This document shows positions 16,535 to 34,634 of a stretch of 64,000 nucleotides of DNA, in pieces. The stretch is from the human T2T-CHM13v2.0 reference genome, Homo sapiens. Every line of letters starts with the position of its first letter. Position 1 is the stretch's first letter. The DNA is taken from NCBI RefSeq assembly GCF_009914755.1, contig NC_060929.1; one strand, written 5' to 3'. The position numbers were made by a program, and so were the translations under genes. The notes beneath the pieces were generated by a model. The model saw nothing but the letters and a program-made list of their open reading frames with translations. It had not been told where the DNA came from and made no database searches.

Positions 16535-16843
16535 TCAGTGGGTGCACGCACTGTGCGCGAGCCGAAGCAGGGCGAGGCACTGCCTCACTTGGGAAGTGCA
16601 AGGGGTCAGGGAGGTCCCTTTCCGAGTCAAAGAAAGGGGTGACAGACGGCACCAGGAAAATCGGGTCACTCCCACCTGAATATTGCGCTTTTCAGACCTG
16701 CTTAAAAAATGGTGCACCACGAGATTATATCCCACACCTGGCTCGGAGGGTCCTACACCCACGGAGTCTCGCTGATTGCTAGCACAGCAGTCTGAGATCA
16801 AACTGCAAGGCGGCAGCCAGGCTGGGGGAGGGGCGCCTGCCAT
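16535..16843 (-). CDS. ORF0: LINE-1 antisense ORF0, open, 102 aa (MAGAPPPAWLPPCSLISDCCASNQRDSVGVGPSEPG...)
   Basis: Residue 24 onward of track ORF 16535..16912 matches the known ORF0 peptide; ATG at 16843. Translation at this locus is not shown. Confidence 0.65.
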   Translation of the reverse strand: MAGAPPPAWLPPCSLISDCCASNQRDSVGVGPSEPGVGYNLVVHHFLSRSEKRNIQVGVTRFSWCRLSPLSLTRKGTSLTPCTSQVRQCLALLRLAHSACTH

Positions 16844-17298
16844 TGCCCAGGCTTGCTTAGGTAAACAAAGCAGCCCAGAAGTTCGAACTGGGTGGAGCCC
16901 ACCACAGCTCAAGGAGGCCTGCCTGCCTCTGTAGGCTCCACCTCTGGGGGCAGGGCACAGACAAACAAAAAGACAGCAGTAACCTCTGCAGACTTAAATG
17001 TCCCTGTCTGACAGCTTTGAAGAGAGCAGTGGTTCTCCCAGCACGCAGCTGGAGATCTGAGAACGGGCAGACTGCCTCCTCAAGTGGGTCCCTGACCCCT
17101 GACCCCTGAGCAGGCTAACTGGGAGGCACCCCCCAGGAGGGGTACACTGACACCTCACACGGCAGGGTATTCCAACAGACCTGCAGCTGAGGGTCCTGTC
17201 TGTTAGAAGGAAAACTAACAAACAGAAAGGACATCCACACCAAAAACTCATCTGTACATCACCATCGTCAAAGACCAAAAGTAGATAAAACCACAAAG

Positions 17299-18315
17299 AT
17301 GGGGAAAAAACAGAACAGAAAAACTGGAAACTCTAAAACGCAGAGTGCCTCTCCTCCTCCAAAGGAACACAGTTCCTCATCAGCAACGGAACAAAGCTGG
17401 ATGGAGAATGACTTTGACGAGCTGAGAGAAGAAAGCTTCAGATGATCAAATTACTCTGAGCTACAGGAGGACATTCAAACCAAAGGCAAAGAAGTTGAAA
17501 ACTTTGAAAAAAATGTAGAAGAATGTATAACTAGAATAATCAATACAGAGAAGCGCTTAAAGGAGCTGATGGAGCTGAAAACCAAGGCTCCAGAACTACG
17601 TGAAGAATGCAGAAGCCTCAGGAGCCGATGCGATCAACTGGAAGAAAGGGTATCAGCAATGGAAGATGAAATGAATGAAATGAAGTGAGAAGGGAAGTTT
17701 AGAGAAAAAAGAATAAAAAGAAATGAGCAAAGCCTCCAAGAAATATGGGACTATGTGAAAAGACCAAATCTACATCTGATTGGTGTACCTGAAAGTGATG
17801 GGGAGAATGGAACCAAGTTGGAAAACACTCTGCAGGATATTATCCAGGAGAACTTCCCCAATCTAGCAAGGCAGGCCAACGTTCAGATTCAGGAAATACA
17901 GAGAATGCCACAAAGATACTCCTCCAGAAGAGCAACTCCAAGACACATAATTGTCAGATTCACCAAAGTTGAAATGAAGGAAAAAATGTTAAGGGCAGCC
18001 AGAGAGAAAGGTCGGGTTACCCTCAAAGGGAAGCCCATCACACTAACAGCGGATCTCTTGGCAGAAACCCTACAAGCCAGAAGAGAGTGGGGGCCAATAT
18101 TCAACATTCTTAAAGAAAAGAATTTTCAACCCAGAATTTCATATCCAGCCAAACTAAGCTTCATAAGTGAAGGAGAAATAAAATACTTTACAGACAAGCA
18201 AATGCTGAGAGATTTTGTCACCACCAGGCCTGCCCTAAAAGAGCTCCTGAAGGAAGCGCTAAACATGGAAAGGAACAACCAGTACCAGCCACTGCAAAAT
18301 CATGCCAAAATGTAA
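17299..18315 (+). pseudogene. ORF1: L1 ORF1p (RNA-binding chaperone), 338 codons with two premature stops
   Basis: ATG GGG AAA AAA CAG at 17299; TGA at codon 49 (17443) and codon 130 (17686), both consistent with CGA>TGA deamination; C-terminal 186 aa still open. Confidence 0.93.
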
Positions 18316-18363
18316 TGACCATCGAGACTAGGAAGAAACTGCATCAACTAACAAGCAAAATAA

Positions 18364-22203
<3,840 letters not shown>

Positions 22204-22430
22204 ACAATGAGATCACATGGACACAGGAAGGGGAATATCACACTCTGGGGACTGTGGTGGGGTGGAGGGAGGGGGGAGGGATAGCATTGGGAGATATACC
22301 TAATGCTAGATGACGAGTTAGTGGGTGCAGCGCACCAGCATGGCACATGTATACGTATGTAACTAACCTGCACAATGTGCACATGTACCCTAAAACTTAA
22401 AGTAAAATTAAAAAAAAAAAAAAAAACCAC

Positions 22431-22728
22431 GGCCAGGCGCGGTGGCTCTCGCCTGTAATCCCACACTTTGGGAGGCCAAGGTGGGTGGACGGTGAGGTCA
22501 AGAGATGGAGACCATCCTGGCCAACATAGTGAAACCCTGTCTTTACCAAAAATACAAAAAATTAGCCGGGCGTGGTAGCGGGCGCCTGTAGTCCCAGCTA
22601 CTTGGGAGGCTGAGGCAGGGGAATGGCGTGAACCCAGGAGGTGGAGCTTGTAGTGAGCCGAGATGGCGCCACTGCACTCCAGCCTGGGCGACAGAGCAAG
22701 ACTCCATCCAAAAACAAACAAACAAACA
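22431..22728 (+). mobile_element. Alu (AluSc/AluY-like)
   Basis: Full dimer with (CAAA)n tail; TSD aagaatagacaa at 22729-22740 matches 16366-16377, on the far side of the L1PA. Confidence 0.93.
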
Positions 22729-22899
22729 AAGAATAGACAACTTCTGGAACTAATAAGTGATTGTATCAAGGTTTCAGGATACGAAGTTAACATACAAATG
22801 CCAATTGCTTTGTATATACCAGCAATAGTCAAGTGGAATTTGAAATTCAAAACACAGCAAACACCATGTATATATTAGTACTCCTAAAAATGAAATTCT

Positions 22900-23160
22900 T
22901 CTGTATAAATCTAATATAAATCTAATAATCTATGTGTATAAATCACATAGAATATATCATCTATGTGAGAAACTATTATAAAAGAAATTATGTAAAAGAA
23001 ATTATATAATAGATTACATAATATATATAAAATATAAATAAAAATATATAATGTAAATATTTTTATATATAGATTATATAATATATAAAATATAAATAAA
23101 ATATAATATAAATATTTTTATATATTATATATAAATAAATTATATAATATAAAAGAAACT
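22900..23160. repeat. AT-rich low-complexity tract with ~60-bp tandem duplication
   Basis: agattacataatatatataaaatataaata... at 23011 is repeated at 23071. Confidence 0.85.
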
Positions 23161-24408
23161 ATGATAAAAGAAATCAAAGGAAAAATCAAATAAATGAAGA
23201 GATATTTCATGGGTAGGAAAACTCAATGTGTCAAGATATCAGTTCTTCCAAACTTGATCTATAGGTTCAATACAATCCCATTCAAAATTCCGAGAAGTTC
23301 TTTTGTGGCTATCAACAAACTAAGTTTACGTGGAGAGGAAACAGATGCAGAATAGACAACAGAATATGGAAGAACAAGGTGGGAGAACTGACATGCAACT
23401 TCAAGACTTACTTTAAAGCTACAGTAATCAAGACAATGTGGTACTGGTAAAATAATTGAGAAATAGATCAACAGCACGGAGTGGAGAGACCAGAAATAGA
23501 ACCACATAAGACCCATGTATATATACAATCAGCTGATCTTTGACAAATGAGCAAATATAATACAATGGAACAAAGACTGTCTTTTCAAGAAATGGTGCTG
23601 GAACAACTGGACATTCACATGCCAAAAAAAATCTAGGCACAGATCTTACATCTTTCACAAAGATTAAATCAAAATGGATTAGAGACCTAAATATAAAATA
23701 CAAAACTATAAAAATCCTAGAAAATGTAGGAGAAAACCTAGATGACCCCAGGTATGGTGATGACTTTCTAGATGAAACACTAAAGGCACACTCCATGAAA
23801 GAAGTAATTGATAAGCTAGACTTTATTAAAATTAAAAACTTCTGCTCTCCGAAAGACAACATCAAGAGAATGAGAAGACAAGACATAGACTGGGAGGAAA
23901 TATTTACACAAGAAATGTATGATAAAGACTATTACTCAAAATATACATAGAATTCTTAAAAATCAACAAGAAAGCAAGCAAGCCATTTAACAAATGGACA
24001 AAAGATCTTAATACACTTTACCAAAGAAGATGTACAGAGGGCAAATAAGCATATGAAAAAATGTTTATTTTTTCACATTAAATGGCATCAGGAAAATGCA
24101 AACTAAAACAACAACAGGATACCACGACACACCTATTAGAATTATCAAAATCCATTGAATGACAACACCAAATGCTAACAAGAATGGGGAATAAGAGAAA
24201 CTCTCCTTCACTACTGGTGGAAATGTAAAATGGCACAGCTGCTTAAGAAGACAGTTTGGTGATATCTTACAAAACTAAACATACTATTACCATATAATCC
24301 AACAATTGTGCTTCTTGGTATTTATCCAAAGGGATTTAAAACTTTTATCTATACAAAAACCGGCACACAGATATTTATAGTAGCTTTATTAATAATTGCC
24401 AAAATTTC

Positions 24409-24807
<399 letters not shown>

Positions 24808-25321
24808 TTAATGCTAAAAAAGTTAGTGATCAGGCCATGAAAATACAGAGTAACCTTAAATGCATATTACTAAGTTAAAGAAGCCAATCTAAAGAGGCTA
24901 CAAACTGTATAATATTCCAGAAAAGGTAAAACTCTGGAGACAATAAAATATCAGTGGTTGCCATTGGAAGGGGGAGGAGGAGGCAAGGAATGAACAGGTA
25001 GGCCACAGAGAATTTCTAGGACAGTGAAAATGTTTTTTGTGATACTATAATGATAGATACATATCATTATATATTTGTCCAAACACAAAGAAAGTACAAT
25101 ACCAAGAGCAAATCCTAATGTAAAACGTAGAGTTGGGATACTTAAGACGTGTCAGTGTAGATTCTTCAATTTTAACAAATATGCCATTCTGGTGGGGGAT
25201 GTTGATAATGGGAGAGGCCAGGCATGTGTAGGGGATGGGATATGTAGGAAGTCTCTGCATCTTCCTCTCAACTTTGCTGTGAACTTAAGATTGTTCTAAG
25301 AAAATACATTATTTTTAAATT

Positions 25322-25457
25322 TAAAAATTTTATTTTTTTTGTAGAGATGGGGTCTGGCCATGTTGCCTAGCCTGGTCTTAAACTCCTGGCCTCAAGTGAT
25401 CCTTCTGCCTCAGCCTCCCAAATTGCTGAGATAATAAGTGTGGCCATTGTGCCTGGG
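25322..25457 (-). mobile_element. FLAM/AluJ left monomer
   Basis: gtagagatggggtct...ctcctggcctcaagtgatcc...cagcctcccaaa, single arm. Confidence 0.85.
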
Positions 25458-25519
25458 GTTAAAAAATAAATTCATAAAAAAAGTCATGATTTCTTCTTTA
25501 TAAAACCCTCCTGAAAACA

Positions 25520-26620
25520 AGAAGTCTTATTCAAAGATGAGTAATCACAAAGGAAATGTCATAAAATTTGTCAATTTAACAGGTAAATACCGTAAAGAAA
25601 AATGGTATGGAGGAATGGAAGAGAAAAAACAAGTTAAGAATAATGAACACTCAAAAATATATGGCTATGGAGGAGATAAAATTGTGACCAAGGTTTCATT
25701 GTTCACACAACACAACTAAGCCACCAAATGAAGCAATCACCATAAAACCAGATATCAAGTCAGAATTCTAAAACCTAGGGAAATTTGTAAGAATGCAGAA
25801 GAAAAAATAGAATTGGTTGGTCTGCCAAAAAAAATGAAATATAAAACTGAAGCCAACACAAAAATAAATCTAAAATGAAAAGCCATAGAAAGAAAACTAA
25901 AAACTAGGATAAATATAGTAAACATCAAATATAGGAATGGGAAAAGCAAGTTTTAAGGGATGACAGTTCAAGTCCTGATAAAGTAGGTAAATAGTTTCAG
26001 GAAATGCATTACTTACTAAATACTCAGGAATAGAAAACATCGCTTAAGAATCTCATACCCAACCAAACATCACTTGCATATAAAGGCAACAGAGAAACAT
26101 TTTTGAACATGCAAGAATGTAGGAAATACTGTTCCCAAGAGTCTTTATTGAAGAATCTATTGAATGAAAACTTCAGCCCATCTGTATATGGTTACAAAAA
26201 TTATAGCAAAAAAGACCTGTGGTGAGGACAGAATCACTTTAACTACAGGGCTGAGACTAAATGTCATGTATGGATAATGGTTTCAGGGTAGAATATGAGT
26301 TTTATTAACCCTGAAAAAGGTTGGAAGGAGGAGAGGGATAAATAAGGGCAGGTGGTGTGTAGTGATTTTTTTTCACATTTTTATGGCTGAGAATAGTAAA
26401 TTAAGCACTAGAAGCACTAGAAGTATAACAAAAGTAACATTAGCAGTAATACTGTAAACTGATTTGGGTGGTAAAGGGGAAAAGAGAACATGCCTTAGTT
26501 TATCACGTTTATAACAGAAAGTTGATAGATACTGTTTAAAGAATTAGTGAAATGATAATTACTAGAGTAATAAAATTATTGCTAGAGCAGAAGTGTAAGC
26601 CTTCCAAATTATCAAAACAC
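25520..26620 (+). mobile_element. Ancient L1ME/HAL1-like ORF1 relic
   Basis: A-rich strand bias and aaacatttttgaacatgcaagaatgtaggaaatactgttcccaagag; very diverged. Confidence 0.4.
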
Positions 26621-27499
26621 ACGCAAAAAGAAAAGGAAACTATAGATTAAAGGAGTTTAAAGAGTGTTAACAAAAGTATTCCGTGGACTTTACATTAAGT
26701 TATTAAGAGTTTGAGTCATTATGGCTGCTTTCGTACATTATTTTAGTGTTTGTACAGTTCAACAATCAGTGAACTAAATGTCTTTTAAGTAATTAGTGCT
26801 ACTTTTCTTTTCCCTTAAGACTCTATCAGGAAATCTCAGCATCTTGAAACTGAGACATGTAATAAGTGAAGGAAAACAGTTTTGAATTGTTAGCACTCTT
26901 CAAATGAACGAATTGTACATTTTTCTCTACAGCATATTGTTTATAAGCAACATAATATTGTTAAATAAGTATAATTCACTGTTGCTACTTTAGCAAGCCT
27001 GCCAAAATCTCATTGGGACTGTTACCCTCCTCACACAGACACACACACACTCTTTTCTGGAGCCAACCATCTTGTAACAGTCTTTTGTGAATTACAAAGG
27101 GAGTAGATTAGGTGGCTTAATGTTGTACTTGTTGAAATAAACCCAATGTGTGTAAGAGTCAAAGAGTTTTCACATCTTCCAGGTAGGAGGAAATTGTATC
27201 TCACCAAAATCAGCTTCAGTTAATTGATCAGTATTTTCCAAGAAGGGGACTGACATGTATAAAGATGTATAAAGATGTTAGGTAGTATGAAATGATGTAG
27301 GATGATAATTAAAAATAATATCATATTTATGTCTATAGTGATAATTTTTCTTTTTAAGTTTCCTTTAGTATAATCAAAAGAACTGGCTATCTCAGCCTGA
27401 TGCTAGCATGATTTAAACATATAACATGCTCTAATCTCCCTAATCTCCCTGTGGGAGATACCACAGCTCAGAGTTTTAGGCAGGCGTCATTATTTATTT

Positions 27500-27703
27500 A
27501 GAGTGAAATGTTATTTATATTTATTTTTATCATTACTTTTTCATTATGGCAATTGATATAAGTATTCCATTTATGGAAAAAATATTTTTAAAAAATTTAA
27601 GTGAAAAGTTAATTTAAAGAAAAGTAAAAAATAAATAGCAGTCATACATTTAAGCAAACATTTGAAAGGTGGCACACAAATGTCTAAAATTTGAGAAACA
27701 GTG
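27500..27703 (+). mobile_element. Charlie4z-like hAT fragment
   Basis: Terminus aaggtggcacacaaatgtctaaaatttgagaaacagtg. Confidence 0.55.
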
Positions 27704-28739
27704 AATTAATTCATTTATTCCAAAGGCATTTGAGTACAAGAACAAAGCACTCTACTGGATGTTTAATTGCAGGAAAAAGTTATATTCTGTCCACAAATTT
27801 GCATGTTTTGGTTGGGCAGAAAGAAAAACCCAGGAATCCAACAAATCTCTCTTTTGCTGCAATAGAGCCAGGGCCAAATTCCAATCACCTTTGGAACTGG
27901 TGGCAAGGCCTCCTCCTTCCTTTCTGTTTTTATCCCTGGCTACCCTGTTTTGCATTATGTTTGATCCCACAAGCCACCTCTGATCCTTTTGGGAATAGGC
28001 AGAGTATATAAAAAGGGAGGTGATTAATCAGTATTTGTTGAATAAATGAATACATAAGTGAATGAATAAGTAAACAGAGAAAACTGATGAGCTGAGAGGG
28101 AGAATTGAAGAGCTCTGATTGTTCTCAGCTCTCCTGTTTTAATAAGGGAAGCGGATGCAAGGAGCACACTGTGATTCTAAGAAGGAAGGCAGCACCCTGC
28201 ATGGCCCAGATGGGGAATGTGAAGGCTGAACCAGCAGAAAACTAGAGAAAAAGTGGTTCCTCAGTGAGTGAGTGTCTTCTCCCCAGATGTATTTGCATGG
28301 CTGATAAGCCCATGTAAACAATGGACCCAGAAATAACTTTGCAGGCAAGTCAGAGGAAGACACCTTGGCAAAACCCCAGGATCAAATGTATTGATTCCTA
28401 ACTTACAGAAATCATGAAAATAGGAGTCTTTGTTGCTGATGGAAAGGAAAGTTATTAAATCCCATTTTGAGTGGGAACTCAGCCTGAATTAATGAGAGAG
28501 AAAAAACATGGCATAGAATGAGTCTGTCTTTGCTCTCTGCTCAAGACGGGCATCAGCATGACACTGAAAGCTCTTCTAGGGACAAGAGAAAATCCCTTGT
28601 GCCTTATGAAAGTTGTTTTCATCCTAGTTGATGGGATAAATCATAAGCTATTGAAGAAAATATCTGTAGCAGAGCAAAGAGAAATGCCAGAGTGAATTTA
28701 ACCCATTGTTCTTGATTTTCTAGCTTTTTGCATTTCCTA

Positions 28740-29500
28740 CTTTGTGCTGTAGTAACTTAGATACACGTCCTCTTGCTCCTAAATTACTCTTCCAGAAGTC
28801 AGGATCTGCTTCTTGATTCATTTTTGTATCCTCCACAGTAACCACTTTTTGAGAAACAATAGGTGATCAATATATATTGGTTAAATGTGTAAATGACAGT
28901 AGAAATTTGAAAATCACCGAAGAATCAGATTCTTTTCCATGAATGTTTGAGCACCTACCAGGAAACAGACGCTACTTTTAGCCATCGGGGGAATTTTTAG
29001 AAATCAAGGCAACATCTCCTGTTTTGTAAACCCATGGCTGTGGTTGCCACAAACACAAGTTTTATACAAGCAAGGACATGAGAAACAAAGTGAGAGGTGG
29101 ATAAGGCAAAATGACATGGGTGCACAGAGAAAATGGAATTGGATTTCAACCTTGGGGTTATTTAGGGTGGAGATCAAGAAAGGAACATTTGATGGAGGAC
29201 TTGAAAGATAAAACTAAACAGGTACAGATAACTGGAGAAAAGCATCTCGGGATAATTTTACCATAGACAACATTTGGAGGTGGAATAAAGTAGAGTGTGT
29301 TTTGAGGCCCTGGATAGCTTAGAGGGGCTATGTGTGTGTTTGTATTGGTGAGGGGAAGTAACAGGGAAATAATCAAGAAGTTAAAGCCCATCTGGGCACA
29401 GATTTCACAGAGCCTTAAAAACCCGGCAAGGTCATTTGGGTTTAGCTTTAAATAATGAAGCTCATGGAGTGATGACACTATCAAGGCTGCCCTTTAGGAT
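28740..29500. mobile_element. L2 fragments in both orientations
   Basis: tttgtatcctccacagt..caatatatattggttaaatg (+) and gaatgtttgagcacctaccagg (-). Confidence 0.6.
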
Positions 29501-30016
29501 CTAGACGCAAGAATTGGCTGATCTGACCAACAAATCTAGGGAAGAATTAACATCCCTTCTTCCAGAGTGGTCCTTTTCCTTCCTAGAAATCATGAATGCA
29601 CAATGCAAAAAGAACCTCTAAAAGATGACAGCTAACTCAGGGCAATGGTCCATGCCATAATTTCATTCCAGGCAACAAGAACGAACCATATAAGATAGAG
29701 ACTATGGGAGAGTCCCTGTAAAGCACAAGGCACATTTGATGCTATGTGAGGTGACTATTAAAAGAAATACTTTCCTTGAAAATGCTCCATTAAAGGGAAA
29801 AACCTAAGCATTTATTTTTACCCTCCAGCAGGAAATGTATTCCTGGGTAATCAAATACCCAAAATTGATGAGAGAAGGCTCTGTTTCACAAGGAAATGTC
29901 AGCTGATAACTATAGAATGAGTGACAGAATTATGAAAAGCATTTTGCAAACTCTAATGTAATTGAGCCAGGCACGAATTTTCAATTGCTGTTAAGGCTAT
30001 GAGGCAAATGGAAATA

Positions 30017-30347
30017 CAGCTGTCCTCCAGTATCTGTGGAGGATTGGTCCTAGGACCTCCTTTGGATACCAAAATCCAGAGATGCTCAAGTCCTTGATAT
30101 AAAATGGTACACTATTTGTGTATAACCAATGTATATCCTGCTATATAATTAAAATCATCTCTATATTACTTATAATACCTAATACAATGTAAATGTTATA
30201 TAAATAGTTGTTATACATTATTGTTTAGGGAATAACTACAAGAAAAATGTCTGTACCTCTTCAACACAAATTTTGTTTTCTGATATTTTATATCCATGGT
30301 TGCTTGAAAACACAGGTTCAGAACCCATGGATATGGATGGCCGACCA
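30017..30347 (+). mobile_element. MER2 (TcMar-Tigger)
   Basis: ta|cagctgtcctccagtatctgtggaggattgg...gataccaaaatcc...ggatatggatggccgacca|ta. Confidence 0.88.
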
Positions 30348-30369
30348 TATAAGCATATAATGACTAAAA

Positions 30370-30915
30370 CACAAGTGAGACCTCATCACTCCTCTGACCA
30401 GAACTCACAATTGGCCCCCATTTCACTCCCAGTAAGAGCCCAAGTCCTTAAAGGCCCGCAAAGTCTTACACAATCTTGCTCCATTACTTCTCTGACCTCA
30501 ACCTTGCTGTGTCTCCCCTCACTCATGTTTCTCCAGCTACGTTGACCTCCTGACTATTCTTTGGATACATGGATCACAAACCCTCCTGAGGGTCTTTCAG
30601 TCACTGTCCCTGCTGTCTGGATTGTTCTTCCCCAAGATACCTGTGTGGCTTTTTCCTGATACAGGTCCTTGTCAAGGGCCAACTTCCGGACACCCTATGT
30701 ACAAGCACACTCCACCTTATTGCTACCCTCTGGCACTCCCAGCTTTTCTTACCCAACTCTCTTCTTTTTCCTAAGAGGCCCTTATCAACTGCTAACCTAT
30801 GATATTGTTTGCTTACGTTGGGAGGCAGAGATTTTTGTCTTTGGTTCACTGCAAAAATCCCAGGCATCTAGAGCAACACGTGCAACATGGTAATTGCTCA
30901 AATATTTGTTTAATG
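30370..30915 (+). mobile_element. L2 3' fragment
   Basis: tgtccctgctgtctggattgttcttcccc...tctagagcaacacgtgcaacatggtaattgctcaaatatttgtt. Confidence 0.75.
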
Positions 30916-32339
30916 TATTGCATAAAAGGCATATGGACAAAGGAGCCTGTCATAAATCTCATTTGGTCTGTGGCTCTTGCCCTGCCTCCACATGCAGTTG
31001 TTACACAGGTCAAAAGTGTAGACTGGCCTCTGTACAAGAAGGGGTAATCCTGGCCCATGGGCATACACTACCATAAATATGTGAGAAGTGATGCCTAATT
31101 AGAGGATAAAATAAATGTATAATGCTGAGAAATTAATGAGCTTTGGGAAAAGAGTATCAGCACCTCTGACAAAGAAATTTCTTTAAAAAAATCCTGAAAA
31201 TGCAGCAGAGGCCAAGAGAGAAGGCAGCACCAATTTTCAGACCTGAGGCTTCTCTGCTTCAAAGATGCAGAAGTTTTGCTTCTCATAAACTTTATTAAGC
31301 AGCTATCAGAAGTCTCTCGATGTCTAGGCGGCTTCTCTAAATGTTCCTCATTTTCTGAGCTATTCTAGAAGCCACCCAGGGTCTGCCGCTGGTGAAACAG
31401 TAATTCATCTGGGCAGGAAATAAGACAATCTGCTTCTTGAATCTAGAAGGACCGTTCTTCTCTCTGGAATCAAGAAGCAGAGGGGAGGAGGCAGAGGCAA
31501 GCAGCAAAACATTCATGTAGACTGCGAAGCAATTCCATGTTCCCTTCTGCAATTGGCTCTGTCTTCCTTTGTTCCTAGGATTCTGATTTTTATGTTTTCC
31601 ATTCCGGTGGTTTAAGAACCACATGACCTACAATTCATGAGGCCACAAAATGGGTAACAAGGGTCTCCAAAATCTATGAACACTAGAACACTGCCTAGAT
31701 TGAATATCAGATTTTACAATTTATACACCTATTTTTGAGATATAGATGTTACTGGGGATATTGAAGAATCCATTAAAAGTGTTGCTGAATTTACATTGTT
31801 TTGTCATAACACTCAATGCAGTAACCTTTTGTCACAATGGCTTAAATAAACTCACATTGTTAATGTCACAATATTAGACAAAATCTACTGTGGGGAAAAA
31901 ATAGGGTGGGGATAAGCCACCTAAACCAAGCCCATCATTTACATGCTTAATATGATGGGGAACTAGATACAGGGAGAGACCATAAGGTTTCATGGTGAAA
32001 TGACCAGAGGCTTGGTAGGGTCCAGGTCTTTGGACATTGGTCCCAATGCCCTCTCAACAGCCACACTAACCTGCCAGCCAACCCCGCAGCCTTCCAACAT
32101 TCCTCATTGAATAGATGTTCCCCTTACCCTTTGACATCCGAGGGTTTAACCTCTACCAGGGCAGTCTGAATCGGGTGGCTAGAGTGCTCAGCTGACAGGA
32201 GGGTCTTTACTCTTCAAGGTAAGACCTGCTTCTTGCAAAAGAACCAGCTGTTGTCCATCCACAGGCAGTGGACCATGTGTAGTAATTAAAAGGAGTTGCT
32301 CAAAACCTAATTCTTCCCCTCCCACTCCCCAAAGAACTG

Positions 32340-33100
32340 ATCAGCTGACTGTCCTGCTGCTTCTCTCACTCCCAACTAATTTGTTCCTCAGACTGTAGCC
32401 TGAGTGGTATTTTCAAAATGGAAATCCATGAATTCATTCAACAAGCCTTTGAGCACCTAGTGCACGCTGTGCACTGAAGACACATCAGTGGGCACAAAGA
32501 ATCTATCCCGTGGAGCTTACATAGAAGTAGTGGGAGACAGTAAATAAAGACATGTGAGAATGGAAAATGCAGGGCAGGGAATGGAGAGACATGGGGAGGG
32601 GAAACTGGGGAGTGTCTCCTATTCTTTTAAAGACTAGAACCAAAATCCTGAATAGGCCTGCAGGGATCTTCAGGACGTGGACCCAGGCTGCCTTTCCTGG
32701 CAGCCTCATCTTATGCTGAACATCTTCTCATATCTACAACCAGCTAGAGAGGCTTTGCTTCAGAACCTGACATCTCCTGTCACACCTCCTACCCTGAGGC
32801 CTTTGCATAAGCTTTTCCTTCTACATAGAATCTTGATCCCTCTCCTCCTCCCTTCCCTAGTGAATTCTTTGGAAGATTCATTTGCCATTTCACTGGGAAA
32901 GCCTTCCCTGACTCCCTCCTGGCAATGTGGTGCTTTTCCTTCAGAGTGTTTGCCTCATCCTTAATTTGCATTCTTATTATTTGATTAATGTCTGTTTCTT
33001 CCATCAAAATGTAAACTCCATGAAGGCAGAGACCATGTATTATTTGGCCCATCCTAATAAGTAATCTAATAGAAGTTTCATAGATATGTAGAATTAATAA
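32340..33100 (+). mobile_element. L2 fragments with an embedded antisense L2 piece (~32430-32570)
   Basis: gtaaactccatgaaggcagagacc; attcattcaacaagcctttgagcacctagtg. Confidence 0.65.
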
Positions 33101-33159
33101 AGAAATTATCTAAAGATGTTCTTTATGGACTAAGTGCTTCTTATGACCCTGCTGAGCTT

Positions 33160-34030
33160 TTTTTGTAATTGAAGCTAAAGTCACATGACTTAAAATTAAC
33201 CATTTTAACATGTACAAATCGTGGCATTTAGTACATTTTCAATGTTGTGAAACCATCACCTTGATCTAGTTTTAGCATTTTTATCCCAAAGAAAGAAACC
33301 CTCCCCATTAAGCAGTCACTCCCTATTCCCCTTTGCCCAGTCCCTGGCAACCACTCAGCTGCTTTCTGTCTCTTTGGATTTGACTATTCTGGATATTTTA
33401 TAAGTGCTATTATATAACATGTGGCTCTTTGTGTCTGGCTTCTTTCACTTAACAATGTTTCTGAAATTGCTTTTCTCTGTAGCAGGCATCAGAACTTTAT
33501 TTCTTTTTATGGCCGAGCAACATTCCATTGTACTGATATGCCATATTATGTTTATCCATTCATCATCTGATGGCCATTTGAGTTGTTTTCATTTTTTTTT
33601 CTCTTTTATCTTTTAGAGCCAGGGTCTTTCTCTGTTGCCCAGGCTGTAGTGCAGTGGCACAATCACAGCTCACCGCAGCCTCTAACTCCTGAATACAAGT
33701 GATCTTCCCAGCTTCCTGAGTAGCTGGAGCTACAGGCATATGCTGCCATGCCTGGCAATTGTTTTTTATGTTTTGTAGAGACAGGTCTCACTATGTTGAC
33801 CAGGCTGAATTGGACTGTTTTCATTTACTTTTTGATGACTATGAGTGGTGCAGCTATGACCATTTGTTTACGTGTATGTGTGTGCGTGTGTGTGTGTGTG
33901 TATGTATGTGCGTTTGAATAACTGTTTTTAATTCTTTTGCATGTATACTAAGGAGTGGAACTGTGGAATTGTACTGTAGTTCTCTGTTTAACTTTTTCTG
34001 TACTGTAATTCTGTTAAACTTTTTGAGGCC
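33160..34030 (-). mobile_element. L1MB 3'UTR fragment
   Basis: aaaattaaccattttaa..gtggcatttagtacatt..cccattaagcagtcactccc..ccctggcaaccact. Confidence 0.82.
33593..33807 (-). mobile_element. 5'-truncated AluJ within L1MB
   Basis: cagggtct..aatcacagctcaccgcagcc; degenerate TSD tgttttcatt. Confidence 0.85.
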
Positions 34031-34286
34031 TTTTGTGTAACAGCTACCTATGTTTGCAGTTGCTGAGGTTTGCTTCTTTGCCAACATTCTGTGTTACCAG
34101 ACTGCCAGGTCTCCACAACTTGTCCTCATGCTACTTTGCCAGGTGGCAGAGTAAGTTTAATCATGCTCTGGGAGAACATCGTAGGTCCCTTGCCTCAGAA
34201 TCCCATCAGTATGTGTCCTTCACCCCCAGTGATTTTCCTCTTACCTCCTTCCTCATTCTCTCTGACCTTCTCCTTCCAATGCATGA

Positions 34287-34634
<348 letters not shown>

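Noticed and set aside
22247-22280. G-quadruplex-like G-runs (also 41872-41897)
   Set aside because: Standard polypurine tract of L1 3'UTRs.
22423-22740. Alu as a 3' transduction of the L1PA
   Set aside because: TSD geometry shows the Alu predates the L1 insertion.
34134-34150. Second CTCF-like motif ttgccaggtggcag
   Set aside because: The 5' CC of the core is absent; too weak to call.
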